A stretch of 32,000 nucleotides of DNA, from contig NZ_LWLG01000001.1 of NCBI RefSeq assembly GCF_001652585.1, forward strand, positions 60,001-92,000. Reading direction: 5' to 3'. Origin of the DNA: Thermosulfurimonas dismutans (GTDB taxonomy: Bacteria; Desulfobacterota; Thermodesulfobacteria; Thermodesulfobacteriales; Thermodesulfobacteriaceae). Shown piece by piece: positions 8,448-16,156 of the stretch (positions are counted from its first letter, which is position 1; each line of letters starts with the position of its first letter). The position numbers and the translations under genes are program-made. The notes beneath the pieces were generated by a model that did no database searches, was not told the DNA's origin, and worked only from the letters and a program-made list of their open reading frames with translations.

Positions 8448-9237
8448 AAGATACGAGACCCTTTATCTCTATGCCTTTTCGGGATGTCATCCGGACTTGA
8501 GGGCTCTTCCAGATCCCGATTTTATTGGTTGTTGGGAAGAAGACGGCCTTTCAGTACTCTTTTTCCACCGCGAAAAGGACGGATTACCGGAAAAAATCTC
8601 CCAGTTCTACGGCCTCAAGTTCGAACTTTCAGCCGCCGTGCCTTATGAGGAATGGGGGGAGGGGCGAAGACTTACACCCTTCCGGGTCGGTCCCTTATCC
8701 CTGGCTCCGGTTTGGGAAGAAGGCTCTTACGACCTCCGTTTCGACCCCGGAGTAGTCTTCGGAAGCGGAGGCCATCCCACCACTCGCCTCATGCTAGACT
8801 CCCTCTGGGAACTATGGGAGAAGGCAGGCCCTTTTACTCAGGTTCTCGATCTCGGATGCGGAAGCGGACTTCTCACCCTGTTGGCAGCTAAACTCGGAGC
8901 TATGGTTACGGCCGTGGATCGCAATCCTCTTTGTGTGGCCCTGACCAAGAAGAATCTCGAAATCAACGGCCTTTCAGCCGAGGTTTTGGAGGAGGATGTC
9001 CGAAAGGTCATCGGTCGGCCCGTAGACCTTGTGCTGGCTAACCTTTACAAAGGACTGTTGCTTGAGCTTCTAGGGCTTCCCTCCTTTCAAACCTCTCGGT
9101 ACTATCTTATTTCAGGCTTTGTGATTTCCATGGAGGCCGAACTTCGGGAGGCCATTTGGGGAGCCGGCTTTGAAATCGAGGACCGAAAAGAGGAGGAGGG
9201 TTGGGTTTGTATCCTTTTAAGAAATCCGAAGACTTAA
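8428..9237 (+). CDS. PrmA-like class I SAM-dependent methyltransferase (paralog of the prmA at 15258-16109)
   Basis: FDPGVVFGSGGHPTTRLML and VLDLGCGSGLLTLLAAKLGA..VDRNP. The start is taken at ATG 8428 (MLRPPYK), which overlaps the M48 gene end by 20 nt. Confidence 0.75.
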   Translation: MLRPPYKRYETLYLYAFSGCHPDLRALPDPDFIGCWEEDGLSVLFFHREKDGLPEKISQFYGLKFELSAAVPYEEWGEGRRLTPFRVGPLSLAPVWEEGSYDLRFDPGVVFGSGGHPTTRLMLDSLWELWEKAGPFTQVLDLGCGSGLLTLLAAKLGAMVTAVDRNPLCVALTKKNLEINGLSAEVLEEDVRKVIGRPVDLVLANLYKGLLLELLGLPSFQTSRYYLISGFVISMEAELREAIWGAGFEIEDRKEEEGWVCILLRNPKT

Positions 9238-10007
9238 TATGGTGTGTGGATATAGGGAACACCACTACGGCCTGCGGTATCTTTCGCCGGGACGGATTAC
9301 TGCTCAAGACTTTCCGTTTTCGGACACGTCTGGAGATTACCCCGGAGGAACTACTAATCCTCCTTCGAAATTTTCTGGAAGTCTTCGACATTCCATTGTC
9401 TCAGATAAAAGGCATAGCCCTGGCCTCCGTGGTTCCGCCTTTAAATGAGATCTGGGAGGCGGTGGTTCGGCGGTGGCTGGTGAAGGAATGGCTCTTGGTA
9501 TCGGCAGAAGTGGTCCCCATCCCGGTCAAATTGCAATATCCCCAAGAAGTAGGAGCCGACCGGATGGTAAACGCCTATGCCGGCTGGCAGAAATTCCGCC
9601 GTTCCGTAATCATCGTAGACTACGGAACGGCCACTACTTTCGACTGCGTATCGGAAAAAGGAGAGTATCTGGGAGGAGCCATTGCGCCAGGACTTGAGAG
9701 CGCGGCCGAAAGCCTTTTCACCAAAACGGCCAAGCTTCCCCGCGTAGATCTTAACTCCCCTCCGGACTCGGCCCTGGGGCGTGATACCCTATCCGCCATG
9801 AAAAGTGGCCTCCTCTACGGTTTCGCCGCCCTCACCGAGGGTCTTATCGCTAGGCTTTCCGAAGAGATGAAAACGGATCCTCTGGTATTGGCCACTGGAG
9901 GTCTAGCCGCCACTCTGGCCCCTCTTTGTCCGAAAATAGAAAGGATTGAGCCTCATCTCACCCTGGAGGGCCTTTTTTATCTCTACCGGGAACAAATCGA
10001 AAAATGA
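9201..10007 (+). CDS. coaX: type III pantothenate kinase
   Basis: VDIGNTTT, VDYGTATTFD and GGAIAPG motifs. Confidence 0.9.
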   Translation: MGLYPFKKSEDLIWCVDIGNTTTACGIFRRDGLLLKTFRFRTRLEITPEELLILLRNFLEVFDIPLSQIKGIALASVVPPLNEIWEAVVRRWLVKEWLLVSAEVVPIPVKLQYPQEVGADRMVNAYAGWQKFRRSVIIVDYGTATTFDCVSEKGEYLGGAIAPGLESAAESLFTKTAKLPRVDLNSPPDSALGRDTLSAMKSGLLYGFAALTEGLIARLSEEMKTDPLVLATGGLAATLAPLCPKIERIEPHLTLEGLFYLYREQIEK

Positions 10008-10876
10008 AGCTTTCTCACGGGGATAGGATAGCCCTCTTTGCCCCCGCAGGGGCCGTCTCTGAGAGGGAACTTCTGGCCGGAATCGAAATCCTTGAATCCT
10101 GGGGGCTCAGGATCCATATCCCTGAAAGGATATTTGAAACTCACCGTTACTTGGCCGGGCCGGACGAAAGCCGCGCCCGAGAGTTTCGAGAGCTTTTTCT
10201 GAGCGGGGACTTCAAGGCCCTATGGGCTGCCCGAGGGGGCTTCGGTTCTCTTAAAATTTTGCCCTATCTCAAGGAATTGGAGCTTACTCGAAGGCGCTCT
10301 TACCCGATAATCATTGGCTTTAGTGATTTATCACTCCTCCTGAACCATCTTTTTGACCGTTTTCAAATACCTTCTTGGCACGCTCCCACGGTGACTTTTC
10401 TAGCCAGACTATCCAAGGAAGCCTGCGACAAACTCAAAGCTCTCCTTTTGGGTAGGGAAAGGTTTAAAATAAACGGCTTACCTCTAATTCAAGGAGAAGC
10501 GGAGGGCTTTTTATGCGGCGGAAATCTTGCCAGTCTAGCCAGTCTCCTCGGCACCCCTTACTGGCCGGACCTTTCGGGTAAAATCCTAATCATAGAAGAA
10601 ACCAACGAAAAACTTTACCGCCTAGAGCGACTCTTCACCCAACTGGCCTTGGCCGGAATTTTTGAGAAAGTTTCCGGCCTGGTTATTGGTGACCTTTGCG
10701 GCCTTCCCCCGGAAGGGTACCTGTCCATCCTAAAGGAGATACTCCCGCCCGATCTACCCACCGGCTATGCCTTCAAAATTGGGCATTTTCCAGAAAGCCG
10801 AGCTTTCCCCATAGGCCAAAGGGCCCGACTTACTATTTCTGAAGGTCGGGCCCTTTTATTCGAGATAGATAAGTAA
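10004..10876 (+). CDS. ldcA: LD-carboxypeptidase (S66 family, muramoyltetrapeptide carboxypeptidase-like)
   Basis: GFSDLSLL nucleophile motif, IIEETNE and GHFPE (Ser-Glu-His triad context). ATGA overlap with the coaX stop. Confidence 0.85.
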   Translation: MKLSHGDRIALFAPAGAVSERELLAGIEILESWGLRIHIPERIFETHRYLAGPDESRAREFRELFLSGDFKALWAARGGFGSLKILPYLKELELTRRRSYPIIIGFSDLSLLLNHLFDRFQIPSWHAPTVTFLARLSKEACDKLKALLLGRERFKINGLPLIQGEAEGFLCGGNLASLASLLGTPYWPDLSGKILIIEETNEKLYRLERLFTQLALAGIFEKVSGLVIGDLCGLPPEGYLSILKEILPPDLPTGYAFKIGHFPESRAFPIGQRARLTISEGRALLFEIDK

Positions 10877-11227
10877 AGGGATAACGTGGAGATCAGGATT
10901 TATTTCTTCGGTTGGACCGAGTTCCCAGTGTCTAACTTTCAAACTATCTGGCAGTAGTTTTTCAAGTTCGGCTACCACGCCCTTCAGATCTAGGGCTGGG
11001 TGTTTTTCGAACACCTTAGGAAGGCCCCAGGTAAGATTGCAAGCCAGACACTTCCCCGGCCTAGCCTTAAGTTGAAGCTCTAAGCGGATAAACTTCCGTT
11101 CCTTATCGAAGGCCCCGAGGGCCAGGGCCAGATCATAGGCCGGCTCTTCACCGAAATAGAAGGCCTCAAAAAAAGCCTCTATCCGCTCTCGAGGAAGGAG
11201 AGCCTGAATAGCCTCCGGCGAAAGCAT
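10856..11227 (-). CDS. hypothetical protein (123 aa)
   Basis: ORF with RBS AAGGGAGG, 12 nt downstream of the CsgG-like gene. No motif recognised. Confidence 0.6.
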   Translation of the reverse strand: MLSPEAIQALLPRERIEAFFEAFYFGEEPAYDLALALGAFDKERKFIRLELQLKARPGKCLACNLTWGLPKVFEKHPALDLKGVVAELEKLLPDSLKVRHWELGPTEEINPDLHVIPLLIYLE

Positions 11228-11239
11228 ACCGACCTCCCT

Positions 11240-11992
11240 TTAATTTTCCGTTTGTCCCCAACGGTAATAATCCTCTGGTACCATGCGAGCAATGGCATCT
11301 ATGGCGTTATAAAGCATCACCCGAATGGCCTTCTCCATCGGGGTGTTTTTGTAAGCCCCTAAAGCACCGCCTAGAGCCACGGTCCCCAAAATGGTCCCCA
11401 TGCCACCAGCTATATTCCAGGAAGTAGCCTTACCCTCAACCGAAGTGGCATTGATAACCCGACCGGTCCTCACGTCCACTAGACGGATATCGGCCGCAAT
11501 ATAGGCTTCTTTCTTAGAGATCTTGGCCCCACCAATAAGAGGCACATTAAAAGGTACTACTACTCCACCTCCGCCTATCCCCGAAGCCTCGGGCTCAAAG
11601 GCAGTAATAGCTCCTATAACCAAAATATCGGCCCCTTCCATCTGACCTATCTGAGGAGCCGCTCCCGGACGCATATAACCGGACTGTCCCAAATTAAGCT
11701 CCTCCTGGATGGCCTTGAGCCCCTCACCACGTTCAAGCACGATAAAGCGCCCTGTGCGAAAGAGAGCCGTAGCCAGCATGTCTGCAAGTCCTTCTCCAAT
11801 GGCATCACCACACTTGGCGGCCTTACACTTAAAACTAGCCACCGCAATCCGAGCTTTAGGACCTCGATACGTAACCACCTCTTGAACGGTAGGGCCAGTA
11901 CTTTCAACCCTGGTCTCCACCCCCGAGGAAACACAGGAAATCAAACTAAATAGAACAATCATACATACACTAAAAACTTTAATTAAACGCAT
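11240..11992 (-). CDS. CsgG/HfaB-family lipoprotein (curli-type secretion channel family)
   Basis: Lipobox LFSLISC. IAVASF...GEGLADMLATALFRTGRFIVLER...LKAIQEELNLGQSG is typical of CsgG-family proteins. Strong G-rich RBS. Confidence 0.8.
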   Translation of the reverse strand: MRLIKVFSVCMIVLFSLISCVSSGVETRVESTGPTVQEVVTYRGPKARIAVASFKCKAAKCGDAIGEGLADMLATALFRTGRFIVLERGEGLKAIQEELNLGQSGYMRPGAAPQIGQMEGADILVIGAITAFEPEASGIGGGGVVVPFNVPLIGGAKISKKEAYIAADIRLVDVRTGRVINATSVEGKATSWNIAGGMGTILGTVALGGALGAYKNTPMEKAIRVMLYNAIDAIARMVPEDYYRWGQTEN

Positions 11993-12045
11993 ATACCCCC
12001 CTTTTCGTTTTTTGGACTCTAATTATCACAAAATTAATGATATGA

Positions 12046-12086
12046 CAAGCTAATAGGGCTAATAGGGATTGCAAACCTATAGCTTG
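12046..12086. repeat. tandem 9-mer (ctaataggg x2, 12050-12067) nested in an imperfect inverted repeat (caagctaatagg / cctatagcttg)
   Basis: Direct reading of the intergenic region between the divergent CsgG-like and GGDEF-like genes. Confidence 0.85.
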
Positions 12087-12146
12087 TAATATACAATTCT
12101 ACTTCCATTTTGGAGTTGGACAAAAAATAAAAATTAAAATCCAAAA

Positions 12147-12947
12147 TTGGACGCTATACTCTTCGAAAAACTACTTAAACAGGAACAAAAAGCCCTTGCC
12201 TGCGCTTGGGAAGCATTTTTATCAATTCAGAAAGAAGGCAAAGTCCCTTATCCCGTTAATTATTCTCAGATTTTCACTAGAATACAAAGCCAAAAGGAAT
12301 TCGCTGAACCGGAATTATTCTCCGTTTTAAAAGAAAGCAAGGTTTTTTTAGATAATCTATTAAGTGCATTGACTAATCACCAGAACGAAGACACCAAAAT
12401 AAAAATTGAATTGAATTCGAAAAAAATAGATCAAATTTACCAATTAAAGCAAAAAATAGAAAAATTAGAAACGGAAATTCATTTTTTAAAAGAAGAGATA
12501 TTAATAGACCCTCTCACAAAGTTCTGGAACCGACGAGGATTGCAGCGAATATTTGATTACGTAATCAAACAGCATATATACTCTGAAGACTATTCTTTTA
12601 TAGTCTTCTACATCTTACTACCCAAAGAGGAAAAATTACGAATTTATGAAGACAAGATAATTTTAGCCTCAGCTAAATTCATTAAAAATTTCTTTTCTCC
12701 GCGGGATTTTCTGACTCGTCCAGGGGAGAGACTTCTTGCAGTTATTACCGTAGGCCAAGACATTCCTTCCATAGAAAGGCTCATCCAGACCCTGGCTTAC
12801 AAAAAATTCCCTTGCAATCTAGGCGGCACTATCAATCATATTGAATATCGAATCGGTGGTACTAATATTTTAGGAGCAGATCATCTGAACGTGGTTTTGG
12901 AAAGGGCTATTACAGCTGCCCAGCAAAACAAATTTATTAGACTATAA
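12147..12947 (+). CDS. degenerate GGDEF-like domain protein with an N-terminal coiled coil (catalytic motif lost)
   Basis: DPLTKFWNRRGLQ matches the GGDEF-domain entry motif (D-x-LT-x-L-x-NRR). The GGDEF position reads RPGERLL and the DxD/FK metal region is missing. TTG start. The gene is strongly AT-rich compared with its flanks. Confidence 0.6.
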   Translation: MDAILFEKLLKQEQKALACAWEAFLSIQKEGKVPYPVNYSQIFTRIQSQKEFAEPELFSVLKESKVFLDNLLSALTNHQNEDTKIKIELNSKKIDQIYQLKQKIEKLETEIHFLKEEILIDPLTKFWNRRGLQRIFDYVIKQHIYSEDYSFIVFYILLPKEEKLRIYEDKIILASAKFIKNFFSPRDFLTRPGERLLAVITVGQDIPSIERLIQTLAYKKFPCNLGGTINHIEYRIGGTNILGADHLNVVLERAITAAQQNKFIRL

Positions 12948-12950
12948 CCC

Positions 12951-13277
12951 CTAACTTGATCGGGTCTCCATTAATATCCAGTCTATAAAAGCCTCGTGCC
13001 CACCTATAACCGGAATCTCCAGAATACAGGGACAGGTATAAGAATGAATCTCGAGGATCCGGGACTTGACCTTTTCTGCAAATTCACGCCTGGTCTTGAC
13101 TAAAAGGACAGCTTCTCGATCTTCTTGCACTTTCCCTTCCCACCAGTAAATTGAGCTTATCTCAGGGAAGACGTTCACGCAGGCGCAGAGTCTCTCCTCC
13201 ACCAAGGTTTTCGCAATCTTCAGGGCTTCTTCCTGGCTGCCTGCCGTCACATAAAGCAGGACCACTTCGCCGCTCAT
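12951..13277 (-). CDS. cutA: divalent-cation tolerance protein CutA
   Basis: LCACVNVFPEISSIYWWEGKV..EAVLLVKT is the CutA1 signature. Confidence 0.9.
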   Translation of the reverse strand: MSGEVVLLYVTAGSQEEALKIAKTLVEERLCACVNVFPEISSIYWWEGKVQEDREAVLLVKTRREFAEKVKSRILEIHSYTCPCILEIPVIGGHEAFIDWILMETRSS

Positions 13278-13699
13278 TGGCCTCCCCCTTCGAGTTCCTT
13301 TTTAAATTTCAGAGCTTCTAGATACAATAAATCTTGTTGCGGCAAATTTTCCAAAAAGTTATTAAGTTGTCGCAGTAGAATTTGACGGAAGGTCTCCACC
13401 GAAAATCCCTGTTTTTCGAGAAAGTTTCTTAATCTCTGCCAATTCGTTCTCGCCCGAGATATTCCCCGATAGCAGGGCCGGCCTATGTTTTGCACTGTAA
13501 GATCCCTTTCGATGATCATGAGATAACGTTTTATCACTGCTTCCTTAAGGTGCTGGAGTTCCTCAGGGCTCAGCTTTAAGCTCGGCCCTTCTGGATTTTC
13601 CGTAAGGTAAAAGTAAGAATTCCAGAAGGCCACCTCCGGGACTTCTCCTCCCTCTCGCAAGATCAACTCGGCTTCTTCTTGGACCTCTTTCCTTATCAT
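13274..13699 (-). CDS. hypothetical protein (141 aa)
   Basis: ORF whose ends overlap scpB upstream and cutA downstream by 4 nt each. No motif recognised. Confidence 0.6.
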   Translation of the reverse strand: MIRKEVQEEAELILREGGEVPEVAFWNSYFYLTENPEGPSLKLSPEELQHLKEAVIKRYLMIIERDLTVQNIGRPCYRGISRARTNWQRLRNFLEKQGFSVETFRQILLRQLNNFLENLPQQDLLYLEALKFKKELEGGGQ

Positions 13700-14223
13700 G
13701 CTCTTCCCGAAAGCCTTTTAAGTTCTTCAAGAGGTGGTAGATCTCTCAAGTCCTTCAAACCAAACACCTCTAAAAATTTCTCGGTAGTGCCGTAAAGAAG
13801 AGGTCTTCCTGGGACTTCCTTGCGCCCCACTACCCGAATGAGTTCCCTTTCAAGAAGGATTTTTAGGGAGGCCGAGGCATCTACCCCTCGCATCCTTTCG
13901 ATTTCGGCCCGGGTTATGGGTTGATAATAAGCAATCACTGCTAAGGTCTCAAGGGCGGCCCTCGAAAGTCTTTGAGGCTTGGGTTTGAGGTAAGCCCGCA
14001 CATATTCGGATACTTCCGGTACGGTTTCCATCCTGAAGCCTCCGGCTACCTCTCGAATCCTAATTCCACGGCCTTGATATTCTAAAGCCAGTTCATATAA
14101 AAGATTCCGAAGATCTTCTTCTGGAACTTCCGGAAAAAGAACCTTAAGCTCTTTAAGCTTTATGGTCTTCCCAGAGGCCAGTAGAATAGCCTCCAGGGCC
14201 TTTTTAATCAGACCGTTTGTCAT
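13696..14223 (-). CDS. scpB: SMC-Scp complex subunit ScpB
   Basis: LEAILLASGKTIKLKEL, the winged-helix pair pattern, ITRAEIERMRGVDAS and GRPLLYGTT. Confidence 0.9.
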   Translation of the reverse strand: MTNGLIKKALEAILLASGKTIKLKELKVLFPEVPEEDLRNLLYELALEYQGRGIRIREVAGGFRMETVPEVSEYVRAYLKPKPQRLSRAALETLAVIAYYQPITRAEIERMRGVDASASLKILLERELIRVVGRKEVPGRPLLYGTTEKFLEVFGLKDLRDLPPLEELKRLSGRA

Positions 14224-14228
14224 CAGCG

Positions 14229-14870
14229 TTAAAAGAAACCGCTTTCTTTCAGAAAATCTTCGGAAAGGTCTCCTCCACCTCTATACGGAGAAAGAAATTT
14301 TTCAACATATTTGGCTAGGAGATCAGCCTCGAGATTCACCCGATCACCGGATTTACGGAATCCTAAAGTAGTCAAGGAGGCCGTGTGGGGTATCACAGCC
14401 AGCTCGAATTCCTCTCCAAAGACCCGATTTACAGTAAGACTTACGCCATCAACGGCTACCGACCCCTTCTCGACGAGGTAACGGGAAACTTCCGATGGAG
14501 CCCAGATTCTAAAAAAGAAGAAATTACCCTTATTCTCTCGGCTCACCACCCGCCCGATACCGTCCACGTGACCGGTCACCAGGTGCCCCCCCAGTCTATC
14601 CCCGAGCCTCAGGGCCCTTTCGAGGTTGACCCGATCCCCTACCTTAAGCTCCCCCAGAGTGGTCCGCATCAAGGTTTCCGGAGAAACATCCACTTCAAAT
14701 ATCTGCCCCTCAAGGGCAACCACCGTAAGGCAGGCCCCATTTACAGCCACACTATCTCCCACCCTGGTATTCTCAAGCGAGAAGGGGGCCTCGATACCCA
14801 GTACCAGGCCCCCTCCCTTGGGTCTTATCTTCTTTATGGTACCTAAGCCCTCAACCAGTCCGGTAAACAT
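14229..14870 (-). CDS. ribE: riboflavin synthase alpha chain
   Basis: MFTGLVEGLGTI start and an internal duplication (GDSVAVNGACLTV / GSVAVDGVSLTV). Confidence 0.93.
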   Translation of the reverse strand: MFTGLVEGLGTIKKIRPKGGGLVLGIEAPFSLENTRVGDSVAVNGACLTVVALEGQIFEVDVSPETLMRTTLGELKVGDRVNLERALRLGDRLGGHLVTGHVDGIGRVVSRENKGNFFFFRIWAPSEVSRYLVEKGSVAVDGVSLTVNRVFGEEFELAVIPHTASLTTLGFRKSGDRVNLEADLLAKYVEKFLSPYRGGGDLSEDFLKESGFF

Positions 14871-15217
14871 TAACCAAGATCGTGGGTACCGAGAACGACT
14901 TTGGCCCCGGTTTTTTCCTGAATCATCTTGACTAATTCGTCAAGATCATGGTTTTTGCAGGCCGGCTTGGCCTTGGCCAAGCAGTTGGTAAGATGTACCA
15001 CTTCAAAACCGGTCTTCTCCTTGGCCATTGCGATATTGGCTACCAGAGACCTACCAGGACACTTGCACCGCAAGAACCCCATCACCTTGACTTCATCGGG
15101 ATATTCCGCAAATGGGCCTTTCTTTTCGGCCGCCGAATAGAGACATTTCCAATCCCCTACACAGGAGTTGGAAGTCTCGGCATAAGAACCACAAGCCACA
15201 ATCAAGACCTTGGGCAT
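14870..15217 (-). CDS. CGGC-domain protein (predicted metal-binding)
   Basis: Cys pattern VACGSY..CVGDWKC..CKCPGR..CLAK..C. Its stop overlaps the ribE start (TAATG). Confidence 0.7.
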   Translation of the reverse strand: MPKVLIVACGSYAETSNSCVGDWKCLYSAAEKKGPFAEYPDEVKVMGFLRCKCPGRSLVANIAMAKEKTGFEVVHLTNCLAKAKPACKNHDLDELVKMIQEKTGAKVVLGTHDLG

Positions 15218-15257
15218 AAAACACCTCCTTTTCGAAATTTATTTCTGTATCTAAAAC

Positions 15258-16109
15258 CTAACGGGCCTCTCTTGAAAAGGCAAGGAAACCCCATTCGTCT
15301 AACTCTTTCTCGGCGATACATCTGAGTCCTAAGGATAAATAACAGACCTTCATTTCGGCCATCTCTTTCACAAGAAAGCCCGCCAAGAAAAGATAACCTC
15401 CCGGGGCCGTTCTCTCCGCCAGACTTCCAGCCAGACGCTTGAGTTCCCAAGCCGATATATTGGCCATGACCAATTCGAACTCTTCTGCCAAATCTTCCAC
15501 CCTTTGCAAAGACACCTCTAAGGGTAATTGATTTAGACTCGCGTTTTTGCGAGCAGCCTCCACAGCCTCGGGATCTATATCCAAAGCCAGGACGTTATGA
15601 GCCCCAAGTCTTGCGGCCGACAGGGCCAAAATACCCGTTCCGGTCCCCACATCTAGGACCGAGACCGGCCTCTTCCTTTCGAAAAGTTCATCAAGGGCCC
15701 TGAGCATAAGAGCTGTAGTAGGATGATGCCCCGTGCCAAAGGCCTGTCCGGGATCGATCACCAGACCTATCTCTCCCTTAGGTACCTCAAGTCTTTCCCA
15801 GGGTGGATATATCCAAATCCTTTTCGAAATTCTGAGGGGTTTGAAGTTTTCCTTCCAAACTCGTCCCCAGTCTTGATCTGCGATTTCCGCAACATTCTCC
15901 AAGACCAGGCCCAAGGCGGCTACTTCTTGTTTAAAGGCCTCCAGATCGGCCCCTGAAGCTAAATAAAAGCTGGCCTGGACAGCGGAACCCGCCTCACGGA
16001 ATTCAAAACCGCCCCATCTTTCCGCAAGCAAGGGGAGGGCTTCCTCTAAAATCTTAGGTTCTCCACTAACTCGGATCTCGAACCAGATTTGAGCTTTGTC
16101 GGGTTTCAT
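15258..16109 (-). CDS. prmA: ribosomal protein L11 methyltransferase
   Basis: IDPGQAFGTGHHPTTALML and VLDVGTGTGILALSAARLGA..LALDIDPEAV. Confidence 0.88.
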   Translation of the reverse strand: MKPDKAQIWFEIRVSGEPKILEEALPLLAERWGGFEFREAGSAVQASFYLASGADLEAFKQEVAALGLVLENVAEIADQDWGRVWKENFKPLRISKRIWIYPPWERLEVPKGEIGLVIDPGQAFGTGHHPTTALMLRALDELFERKRPVSVLDVGTGTGILALSAARLGAHNVLALDIDPEAVEAARKNASLNQLPLEVSLQRVEDLAEEFELVMANISAWELKRLAGSLAERTAPGGYLFLAGFLVKEMAEMKVCYLSLGLRCIAEKELDEWGFLAFSREAR

Positions 16110-16156
16110 GGTAGATAGCCTAATGGGATTTCAAGTTTTAGCCAAGGGAGAAAGAG

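Noticed and set aside
12065-12146. GCAAACC heptamer upstream of the GGDEF-like gene, reminiscent of the GGCAAACC element of c-di-GMP-I (GEMM) riboswitches
   Set aside because: I cannot find the rest of the GEMM-I consensus (paired P1/P2 hairpins, the ACGCAAAGC-type second element, a GNRA loop and its receptor). The region is almost pure A/T downstream. A covariance-model scan would be the decisive test.
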